Position numbers and translations under genes: made by a program. A stretch of 16,586 nt of DNA, taken from Candidatus Hermodarchaeota archaeon (GTDB lineage: Archaea; Asgardarchaeota; Lokiarchaeia; Sigyniarchaeales; SOKP01). Positions 1 to 7,560 of this stretch are shown in pieces. Numbering within the stretch: position 1 is the stretch's first letter; the number at the start of each line of letters is the position of its first letter. The DNA lies in assembly GCA_048885925.1 (NCBI GenBank), contig JBHLLG010000060.1, positions 1-16,586 on the forward strand, in the 5' to 3' direction. The notes under the pieces are model-generated. The model saw only the letters and a program-made list of their open reading frames with translations, searched no databases and was not told the origin of the DNA.

Positions 1-1060
1 GTGTAGGTGGAGGGGCTCCTACTGTTTTTAACATATCTTTAATTTTTTGTGCTTTTAGAAAAAATTCTTTCCCTAATGAATCATCGCCTAATTCGATACA
101 TAATCCGCTTATTTTATCAAATAAAAACGCAGCTTTACTAAAATCAGCATTTTTTAATGCACCCACAGCTTCCTCAGTTAACTTGTCTCTTTCAAGTAGT
201 GGCTTAAGAAGAGGAGATACCTCTGCACTCATTTCTAAAACATCAGCAATTATCTGAATCATTTTATCACGATTCATTGGATCAAGAGCAATCATGGAAT
301 ATGTTTTTAAACCAAGAATTTTCTCAATTTGCAAAGCATTTAAAGTACCTTTTATATCCTGTTTATTTCCAATTACCGAGACCTGAGCATTTGGTGCTTG
401 ATCTTTTATCAATTCTAAAAAATATCTACTTTTTTCAACATTTTCTAGAGTAGAATCTGTAATTAAAAGAACAGCATCGCTCCCTTTAATGAAATTGTTC
501 CATAAATAGCTAAACTGCTCCTGTCCAGCAAAATCCCATAAATGAAAGTGTAATTTTCCAATTTTTATTGTTGCAATATCTCCTGTAATTGTTGGGATAT
601 GTTGCATAGGAATTTCATCTGCTTTTATTAATTTAGTAATTGTGGTTTTGCCTACACCAGAAAATCCAACTAAAGAGATTTTAGGACGTAAATTTCTATG
701 AATAGAATCAATAATAGGATCAAAAACCTCAAGAGTTTTGGCATCAAATTTATGTTGTAAAATATCTTCAAATAAGTTCAAGAATTCGTCTCTACATCTT
801 ATTAGTTCCTTTTTAATGTTTTCAAATTTATCACTTAAGCTTGATACAAATAGAAATATGAGACTAGTTTTTTTTTCCGTTATGAAAGATACTCTAAATT
901 TATAATAATCATAAAAAGATATTTTCGGTTCACTTTGAGTTAAGGCTTCCCTAATAAGATCCTCTACAAGAAGATTTAACGCTTCTTTCTTTAATGCTTT
1001 TCCAAAGTGTCTATAATATAAAATTTCATTGCTTCTGTATATAAACACTTGTCTTAAAAT
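1..1060 (-). CDS. Longin-domain / Arf-like small GTPase fusion with C-terminal three-helix (MIT/TPR-like) domain; 3' end runs off the window
   Basis: Hand-translated, not in the ORF track. Open for 353 codons from 1060 to the window edge. G1 GFSGVGKTT (667-641), G2 PTI, G3 WDFAGQ (538-521), G4 NKQD (367-356). The N-terminal ~120 aa (ILRQVFIYRSNEILYYRHF...LIFLFVSSLSDKFENIKKELIRCRDEFLNLF) show the beta-beta-alpha-beta-beta-beta-alpha-alpha longin pattern. Ends ...DMLKTVGAPPPT at the edge. In-frame TGA at 1069-1067 limits the start to ATC 1063, ATT 1060 or GTG 1048. Confidence 0.92.
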   Translation of the reverse strand, partial: MLRQVFIYRSNEILYYRHFGKALKKEALNLLVEDLIREALTQSEPKISFYDYYKFRVSFITEKKTSLIFLFVSSLSDKFENIKKELIRCRDEFLNLFEDILQHKFDAKTLEVFDPIIDSIHRNLRPKISLVGFSGVGKTTITKLIKADEIPMQHIPTITGDIATIKIGKLHFHLWDFAGQEQFSYLWNNFIKGSDAVLLITDSTLENVEKSRYFLELIKDQAPNAQVSVIGNKQDIKGTLNALQIEKILGLKTYSMIALDPMNRDKMIQIIADVLEMSAEVSPLLKPLLERDKLTEEAVGALKNADFSKAAFLFDKISGLCIELGDDSLGKEFFLKAQKIKDMLKTVGAPPPT

Positions 1061-1066
1061 GATCTC

Positions 1067-1071
1067 TCACC
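1067..1071 (-). promoter_or_regulatory. Shine-Dalgarno-like GGTGA upstream of the GTPase gene
   Basis: Minus strand reads GGTGA-GAGATC-ATT TTA AGA CAA. GGTGA is the typical archaeal RBS core and lies 6 nt before ATT. Confidence 0.6.
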
Positions 1072-1100
1072 AAAATAATTATAATAACACTTCTTACAAA

Positions 1101-1592
1101 TTAACTTGAAATATGCTTAACTAAATATTTGATAATTGAATATTTTTCTTTTTTAACTTTTTCTTGTTCTAATGTTTCTTCTATTTTAGAAATCTCTTTT
1201 GAAAATTCAAAAACAGAAAATTGTTTTATTTCTTCTTCTTTAACACTAGCGCTTAACTTCTCTAAAAAAATGCTAATACTAGGCATAAATTTTGCTAAAT
1301 TCACGCTTAAATCCAATTTTGAAATTAATATTAATTCTTTACTGAAAGTAAATATATAATTGTACTCTTGAGCCTCAAGTGCAAAGGAATTTATTTTGTT
1401 TAAATTTAATTCAATGGCGATTTCCTTAGAATTTGAAATTAAAGACAATATAGCTTGGGGAATAACTTTTCCTTTAGAAAACTCTTTGATTGCTGATCCT
1501 AAAATAATTCCATATATATTTGCTATAGCACATTCAGCATTTAAATCAGACTTCAACTGAGATATAATTTCCTTGTATTTAACCTCATTCAT
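1101..1592 (-). CDS. Roadblock/LC7 (LAMTOR/MglB-like) domain protein with charged C-terminal extension
   Basis: 163 aa. Pattern helix - beta hairpin (CAIANIYGIILGS) - helix (ILSLISNSKEIAIELN) - three strands (SFALEA, NYIFTF, LILISKL) - helix (NLAKFMPSISIFLEKL) matches the roadblock fold. Ends 40 nt upstream of the co-oriented GTPase. Confidence 0.7.
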   Translation of the reverse strand: MNEVKYKEIISQLKSDLNAECAIANIYGIILGSAIKEFSKGKVIPQAILSLISNSKEIAIELNLNKINSFALEAQEYNYIFTFSKELILISKLDLSVNLAKFMPSISIFLEKLSASVKEEEIKQFSVFEFSKEISKIEETLEQEKVKKEKYSIIKYLVKHISS

Positions 1593-1705
1593 AATTAATA
1601 GACATTGCTTTTAGATAAATAATGAAAACCTATTTATTTATATTTATTCAGTTATTAGATTCAATATATTACTAAGATATTAACAAATTTAGCATATAAA
1701 TATAT

Positions 1706-2503
1706 TTGAAAATTTACAAAACAAGTTTTTCGGAAAAAGAATCTGATATTACGATTATATCTGATTCTAAAAATGCTATTTTAAGAGCGAAAGAATGTTT
1801 TTATAGACAAAGAAGAATTTTAGAAGAATATATAGCAAAAGATACACATTTTCTTAATTCATTTTCTCCTGTTAAGGTAAATACTAATTTTAGAATAATT
1901 AATATTATGGCTAAAGTAGCAGAAATGTGCAATGTTGGTCCAATGGCTTCTGTAGCGGGAACATTTGCAGATTTAATGCTTGAGAGAATGAAAATTAAAA
2001 ACTTGAATCAAAACTCTGAGTCTTCAACTTGTAAAATAGCTTTAGTTGAAAATGGAGGTGAAATTGCAATTGATTCTGAGAAATCAATGAAAATTGCTTT
2101 ATATGCAGGTAAAAATGAATTAAATCTAAATCTTGGATTTCTAATAAAAAAAGAAGATTCTCCAATAGGTATTGGGACGAGTTCTGCAACAATAGGTCAT
2201 GCAATTAGTTTTGGGCAAGCAGATGCAGTAACAATTTTCGCGAAAAATGCAGCATTAGCAGATGCAGCTGCAACGAAAATATGTAACTTAGTTAAAGGAA
2301 AAGATATAGAAAAATCGATAAAGAGAGGTTTAGATGCTGTAGATGATATTGACGACTTAATAGGCGCATTAATTGCTCGTAAGGATAAAGTAGGGCGAAC
2401 TGGAAAAATACCTCAATTATTTAAGATAGAAGGAGCAAAAAATAAAATAATAACAGGAAAAGTTGAAGATATATTTATTGATGATTACAAAATTTTTAAA
2501 TAA
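1706..2503 (+). CDS. UPF0280 / ApbE-like family protein
   Basis: Motifs VGPMASVAG, VENGGEIA and GIGTSSATIGHAISFGQADAVTIFAKNAALADAAAT are characteristic of archaeal UPF0280 (COG2122). TTG start. Overlaps the convergent gene by 8 nt. Confidence 0.9.
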   Translation: MKIYKTSFSEKESDITIISDSKNAILRAKECFYRQRRILEEYIAKDTHFLNSFSPVKVNTNFRIINIMAKVAEMCNVGPMASVAGTFADLMLERMKIKNLNQNSESSTCKIALVENGGEIAIDSEKSMKIALYAGKNELNLNLGFLIKKEDSPIGIGTSSATIGHAISFGQADAVTIFAKNAALADAAATKICNLVKGKDIEKSIKRGLDAVDDIDDLIGALIARKDKVGRTGKIPQLFKIEGAKNKIITGKVEDIFIDDYKIFK

Positions 2504-4781
2504 TCCAAAATAATGGAGTTTCTTTTTTGTTTATCGATTTGGCAGAACAAATTTTATTTATATAAGTAAGATTATAATACTGTTCTAATTCCTCATCTGT
2601 CAATTGCCCAAATAGTTCGAAACCTCTATTAATGATATAATCATCAGCAAAAATAATGTATACATCTGTATTGTATTCTTTTTTAATTTCCTTTAAAATA
2701 TTTATCCCACTTTCATTCAAATGATTATTTGGAGGAAATAAATCAATTTGATATTTCAAAAAATAGAAATTATGATCATAAAGGAGAGCTTCTGTTTTGT
2801 TATCAAATGGATATCCATAATACTTGAACGCGTGACTCCAACCAACTTCAGTAATTATAACATTCTTATGAGAGGTTCTATTTGAATACCATTGAATAGC
2901 ACTAACGTCTCTTCCTTTCATAATGAAAATGTCAAATGCCTTAGATTCATAGAAATATGTAGTTAATAATGAAAAGATCAAAATAAATAAAATTGCATAT
3001 TTCTTTTGAAATGTTCTTATTGAATTCAATTTAATAAGTTTATAAATGTATGCTATAAACCCAATTACTAGAATAGGAGGGATTAAATAGAGTATTCTTT
3101 GCCAAATCATATTACTTAATGCTAAAATATTAAATATAAAACCAATACCTAAAAATAATAATAAGCCAAGCCCCCAAATAAATAATGCCTTTCCTCTTCG
3201 CTTTTTTTGAAATAATAATAAACCCCAAATTGCGAAACTACTAATCATAATTATTTCAATCACATAAAAAATATTTATTAGTTCTAAATTAATCCATGCA
3301 AAGTTTATTATTAAAAGAATAATAAGTACTATGATTAAAATACTTGAAATAAACGGAATTATTATCTTATCTTCTACTTTTTTATAGAAAATGTCTGTTT
3401 CTCCTTTAATTACCTTATTAAATTTTCCTTTTGTAAAATTTATTGATTTTTGAATTTTCCAAATTATGATAAATCCTATTAAACCTCCGCCTAATGCTCC
3501 TAAAATAAGAAAAGACCATGGAATATCTAAAGATATAAAGAACCAATAATGCCCTTCTCCTATACCAAAGATAGAGAAAATTATAAATAATAATAATAAT
3601 CCACATAACAGGATAAAATCAAACCCTCTCTTATAATCTCTTAAGAAATAAATTAAAAATAACCATAGAAATGATATTAGAAAAAATAATGTTGTAACAT
3701 CATGTGTAAGGACTGAACTAATGAAAATAACTGTAATTAAAGCATAATCAAAAAACATATTTGAGAAGATTAATTTTTTCGTTGGACGTTCAAATTTGGT
3801 AAAATCTTGGATCCTAACATAAAAAAGGAAAAAAATCGTTAAACATTTGATTAAAGCAGAACCAGAGGGCCAATATTGAATCATCATTGTGGAAAAACCT
3901 AACGAAGAAAATTCTAAAAGAAATACTCCAAATAATGCCAAATTCTGATTTTTAAAGACTCTCATACAAATATTATAAAAAATTAGCCCTGAGACAAAAA
4001 AAGTGTAGAATACAAAATACCTTGGGATTAATGTATGATTTGCTCCAGAAAAGAAGTTAATTACAGCCCCAAATATGTTTAATCCCATAGTTCCGTGATA
4101 ACCTTCTAACGGTAAAATCTTAATATCAGTAATAATCCTACTATTAAGAATGTGAAGCCACGGGTCAGTTCCGATAAAATAATCCGCTTTAACAATATTT
4201 AAAATACAGATTAAGAATAAAAAGATAATTAATAATAGTGCATTAAAAGGAATTATTTTTTTGAAGTATTTCAATAAAGATAATAGGTTTAAGTTTTCTG
4301 TTTTTATAGTTGAAATATCTTTAGATCTTAAAAATGTATACGAATTTTTTTTTAATTCAAAAATTGAAATATAACCAATTATAAAAAAATACATAATTAA
4401 CAATGAAAAAAAGAAGAAAAACTTTGTTAATAGGAAGCCAAGAATATATCCAATATATCCCATCAGAATATAAAAAGCAGAATTTACAACTATTGTTAAA
4501 CTTAGTTTCTCTAAATAATTGAATGATTTCTCTTTAAAGATTATGAAAAAGATTGGGTAAGTAGGTAAAAATAAAATAGTAAAGACAGTACAAATAGAAA
4601 TTATAGTATGAAATAGAGAATTTAAAATCAAATTTTCTGAAAATCCCAAAATAATATCCAAATTAATAATTTTAAAGAAAATAAATAGAAGTGATATGAA
4701 GGAAACTAAAACAACAATTAAATTAATTCTTAAATTCAGAAAAAGCAAAATATTTTTGAATTTCCCTTTAACAACTTCCAT
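2496..4781 (-). CDS. Polytopic membrane protein, probable GT-C-fold glycosyltransferase
   Basis: 761 aa with well over 10 hydrophobic segments. GTDPWLH in the loop after a TM segment resembles the DPxxH loop motif of STT3/AglB-like GT-C enzymes. Soluble C-terminal domain starts AIQWYSNRT...VIITE. No WWDxG motif. Confidence 0.6.
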   Translation of the reverse strand: MEVVKGKFKNILLFLNLRINLIVVLVSFISLLFIFFKIINLDIILGFSENLILNSLFHTIISICTVFTILFLPTYPIFFIIFKEKSFNYLEKLSLTIVVNSAFYILMGYIGYILGFLLTKFFFFFSLLIMYFFIIGYISIFELKKNSYTFLRSKDISTIKTENLNLLSLLKYFKKIIPFNALLLIIFLFLICILNIVKADYFIGTDPWLHILNSRIITDIKILPLEGYHGTMGLNIFGAVINFFSGANHTLIPRYFVFYTFFVSGLIFYNICMRVFKNQNLALFGVFLLEFSSLGFSTMMIQYWPSGSALIKCLTIFFLFYVRIQDFTKFERPTKKLIFSNMFFDYALITVIFISSVLTHDVTTLFFLISFLWLFLIYFLRDYKRGFDFILLCGLLLLFIIFSIFGIGEGHYWFFISLDIPWSFLILGALGGGLIGFIIIWKIQKSINFTKGKFNKVIKGETDIFYKKVEDKIIIPFISSILIIVLIILLIINFAWINLELINIFYVIEIIMISSFAIWGLLLFQKKRRGKALFIWGLGLLLFLGIGFIFNILALSNMIWQRILYLIPPILVIGFIAYIYKLIKLNSIRTFQKKYAILFILIFSLLTTYFYESKAFDIFIMKGRDVSAIQWYSNRTSHKNVIITEVGWSHAFKYYGYPFDNKTEALLYDHNFYFLKYQIDLFPPNNHLNESGINILKEIKKEYNTDVYIIFADDYIINRGFELFGQLTDEELEQYYNLTYINKICSAKSINKKETPLFWII

Positions 4782-4794
4782 AATTGAATTCTTC

Positions 4795-5775
4795 TTATTT
4801 TATCTTTAAATTAACGTTATATTTATTAGAATACCATTTAAAATAATCCCTTAATCCTTGTTCTTGATTGTATTTTGGTTGAAATTGTAAAATTTCTTTT
4901 GCTTTTGAAATATCAGCATAACTGTGGATAATGTCTCCGGGTCTCGGAGGATCAAAGATAATTTTCAATTCTTCCTTATTTGTGATTTCTAACATTAATT
5001 TTGCAAGTTCTATTAGTTTAATTGGAGACCCAGCACCAATATTTAAAATCTCTCCAGATATCTTCTGTTCAGCAGCTAATAAATTTGCTTGAACAACATC
5101 TTTTATATATGTAAAGTCTCTTGATTGTTCTCCATCACCAAATATTATTAAATTTTTATTTTCTATTAATCGACCCAACCAAATTGCAATTACTCCACTA
5201 TAGGGAGAATCCTTCTGTCTTGGTCCAAAAACGTTAAAATAACGTAATGAAATGGTATTTATACCATATACTTGATAAAAAACCTGCATATATGCTTCGC
5301 ATGTTAGTTTTGACACACCATAAGGAGAAATTGGAATTCTTGGCATGCTTTCTTCTTTAGGTAATGTTGGAGTATCTCCATATACGGCAGAACTTGAAGC
5401 AAAAATAATTTTCTCAACATCTCTTTTTCTAACTGCATTTAACAAATTTAAAGTACCATTAATATTAACATCATTACATGACTCTGGCATTTTTATTGAT
5501 TGAGGTACACTAGTAAATGCTGCTTCATGAAAAATTATATCAATATCTTCGAAAATTTCAAATAAAAAATTAAAATCCCTTATATCGCCTTTATGGAATT
5601 GGAATTTTTTATTATTTAAGGCTTCTTCAATATTTTCTAGTCGTCCATTAAAGAAATTGTCAATTCCAATTACTTCTACCCCTAATTCAAGTAATTGATC
5701 AGCTAAATTACTACCGATAAATCCCGCAACTCCAGTTACTAATATCCTTTTATCTGCAATTTTCGATATAGACAT
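4795..5775 (-). CDS. NAD-dependent NDP-sugar epimerase/dehydratase (extended SDR; UDP-Glc/GlcNAc 4-epimerase-like)
   Basis: GVAGFIG Rossmann motif, FASSSAVYG, catalytic YGVSK (YxxxK), LRYFNVFGPRQ, GDGEQSRDFTY, PRPGDI. Confidence 0.93.
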   Translation of the reverse strand: MSISKIADKRILVTGVAGFIGSNLADQLLELGVEVIGIDNFFNGRLENIEEALNNKKFQFHKGDIRDFNFLFEIFEDIDIIFHEAAFTSVPQSIKMPESCNDVNINGTLNLLNAVRKRDVEKIIFASSSAVYGDTPTLPKEESMPRIPISPYGVSKLTCEAYMQVFYQVYGINTISLRYFNVFGPRQKDSPYSGVIAIWLGRLIENKNLIIFGDGEQSRDFTYIKDVVQANLLAAEQKISGEILNIGAGSPIKLIELAKLMLEITNKEELKIIFDPPRPGDIIHSYADISKAKEILQFQPKYNQEQGLRDYFKWYSNKYNVNLKIK

Positions 5776-5869
5776 ATTAAAATATTAAATTTGATTTTAT
5801 CCTTTAAAATTTCATATCATATAAAAACATTCAGAAAGAAGAATTGTCTAATAACTATTATGAATTAAT

Positions 5870-6189
5870 CTAACGTAATTCTATCAAATATTTCATAAAA
5901 TCTTCCTTATATTTTTTTGGAAGTTTATCTGGTCTTTTTAAACTGGGATAGGCTTGAAGATTTGTTTTTATTAGGATTAAAATCGGATCTTGTTGGCTTT
6001 TAATATTGTCAAGGGATTTTAACAATTTTTCTTTAGTCTCAATATTAATACTTAATTTATAATTTGTTGCTAATGCTATATCCGTAACTTTAAAATAGAA
6101 GAATTTGTAAATTGTCCTCTTCTAGATTCATGAGCTTCATTATCAATAATTATATAACCGAAATTTGGTAGTGAAACTGAGTTAATATA
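5870..6189 (-). pseudogene. Truncated, frameshifted C-terminal remnant of a ThDP-dependent phosphonopyruvate decarboxylase (Ppd/AepY-like)
   Basis: Frame A (6189-6076): YINSVSLPNFGYIIIDNEAHESRRGQFTNSSILKLRI*. Frame B (6088-5870): VTDIALATNYKLSINIETKEKLLKSLDNIKSQQDPILILIKTNLQAYPSLKRPDKLPKKYKEDFMKYLIELR*. Joined, these match my recalled Ppd C-terminal consensus (NxxHIVxxNxAH[DE]SxGGQxT...FxxIAxAxGY...GPxLIxI...LxRPxxxPxxxKxxFM). No start codon and no GDG motif; in-frame TAA at 6219-6217. Confidence 0.78.
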
Positions 6190-6190
6190 T

Positions 6191-6209
6191 AAAAAAGAAG
6201 AAAAAAAAG
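6191..6209 (-). terminator. Oligo-U archaeal-type terminator after the MFS gene
   Basis: Minus strand CTTTTTTTTCTTCTTTTTT begins ~17 nt after the MFS stop codon. Confidence 0.45.
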
Positions 6210-6226
6210 ATAATAATTATAGAATT

Positions 6227-7546
6227 TTAAATATATTCCTTTCTCTGCGGTATACTTTTCCAATCAAATAATAAAATTAACCCTCCGATTAACGCTACTA
6301 CTATCCAGAGACCAAAAGCGGCTCCAGAACCAGCTGTATAAATAAGAGCTCCAGAGGTAAAAGTTGTAATAGCCGCTCCGATATATCCAATTCCATCAAT
6401 AAATCCTGTAGCTGCAGATGATGCCTTTCTTGTACCAAATTCCATGGGTATCGTAGAAACTAAAAGAGCATGTGGTCCAAAATTTAAAAAGCCAATTAAC
6501 ATCAATACTGGAATTCCGAAAACCATATCAAGCGGAGGTAATAATGTATATATAAACAATGTCAATGCTAACCCAATAAAAAGAATACAAACTACAGGTA
6601 TTCTTCTTCTTTTTAAGAATTTATCTGAAACCCATGCAGCGACAATAACTCCAATTGTGCCCCCTATAGGGTAAAAAATGGACTTCCATGTACCAAAATA
6701 TGATGCGTCTGTTATTGCAGGACTTAATAGATATGGGAGCCAATCTGTTAACCCATATCTGACAATATTTAGACAAAATAACCCAAAAGCTGCAAAAAGA
6801 ACTGTTTTAGTTTTAATTACAGTATTAAAAGTATACTTAAACCCTACAAATTCATCTGGGCGACAATCCCCCATAACTATTTTACCTTCGCATTCTTCTT
6901 CTAAAGTTGGTAAACCAACCTCTTCAGGAGCATTTCTGCTACGAGAATAGAAATGAAATGCCATTAGAAACATGATAATTCCTGGAATAATAAAAGAAAA
7001 ACGCCAATCTAAACTAAATGTATCGGTAATAACTATAGCAAGAAACCATGATAAAACTCCTCCCAGGAGATATGAAGTAGCAAGCCTACTAGACCATCTC
7101 CCTCTTTCTTCTGCTGGATGCCAATTAGCAATCGTTTTTACAGAAGGAGCCCAACCCATTGATTGAAAATAACCATTCAACCCCCAAAAAAGAAATGCAA
7201 CCCAAATAAAATCAAATGCAACTCCCATCAATAAATTCAAAGCGGCAGATACAATTAATCCTAGAGTAATAAAACGCCTAGCACCGACTTTATCACCTAA
7301 AAAACCGTTGAAGAATTGTCCAGCAGCATAAGCAATAAGAAAAATAGAACTAACAAGTCCCATTAAAGGTTCGGAATATATACCAAATTCACTCATTATG
7401 AAAGGTTTCGCTATTGCATAGTTATTACGTCCTATATAGTAGATCATATATGTTATCCAAACGGTAAAGAATATTCGCATCCGCCATGATTTAAATTGCT
7501 TTTTAACTTCAGTTTCATTAGTAATTGTTTCACTCATTTTTTTCAT
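6227..7546 (-). CDS. MFS transporter, organophosphate:Pi antiporter (OPA; GlpT/UhpT/UhpC-like) family
   Basis: About 12 TM segments. OPA-type motifs YYIGRNNY, GFLGDKVGAR, FQSMGWAP...WHPAEERG, RNAPEEVGLP, IVRYGLTDWLPYL, AWVSDK and AATGFIDGIGYIG. Confidence 0.9.
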   Translation of the reverse strand: MKKMSETITNETEVKKQFKSWRMRIFFTVWITYMIYYIGRNNYAIAKPFIMSEFGIYSEPLMGLVSSIFLIAYAAGQFFNGFLGDKVGARRFITLGLIVSAALNLLMGVAFDFIWVAFLFWGLNGYFQSMGWAPSVKTIANWHPAEERGRWSSRLATSYLLGGVLSWFLAIVITDTFSLDWRFSFIIPGIIMFLMAFHFYSRSRNAPEEVGLPTLEEECEGKIVMGDCRPDEFVGFKYTFNTVIKTKTVLFAAFGLFCLNIVRYGLTDWLPYLLSPAITDASYFGTWKSIFYPIGGTIGVIVAAWVSDKFLKRRRIPVVCILFIGLALTLFIYTLLPPLDMVFGIPVLMLIGFLNFGPHALLVSTIPMEFGTRKASSAATGFIDGIGYIGAAITTFTSGALIYTAGSGAAFGLWIVVALIGGLILLFDWKSIPQRKEYI

Positions 7547-7560
7547 CCTTTAAAATTAAG

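Noticed and set aside
1067-1081. In-frame TGA upstream of the GTPase as selenocysteine or readthrough, or a fusion to the roadblock gene
   Set aside because: An in-frame TAA lies at 1081-1079 with no start codon in between; the TGA is simply part of the GGTGA RBS.
1129-1359. 76-aa plus-strand ORF
   Set aside because: Antisense shadow of the roadblock gene; no recognisable motifs.
1995-2204. 69-aa minus-strand ORF
   Set aside because: Antisense to the well-supported UPF0280 gene.
3418-3606. 62-aa minus-strand ORF
   Set aside because: Alternative frame nested within the 761-aa membrane protein; low complexity.
2496-4781. Calling the membrane protein aglB (oligosaccharyltransferase)
   Set aside because: The WWDxG motif is absent.
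6088-6094. Slippery heptamer T TTA AAG at the junction of the two ppd frames, correctly phased for a -1 programmed frameshift
   Set aside because: The gene lacks its start, N-terminal domain and GDG motif and has substitutions at conserved glycines. A 1-nt deletion explains the shift more simply, and such heptamers are common in AT-rich DNA.
6444-7166. Three consecutive plus-strand ORFs (76, 90 and 64 aa)
   Set aside because: Antisense mirror of the MFS reading frame; no independent coding signal.
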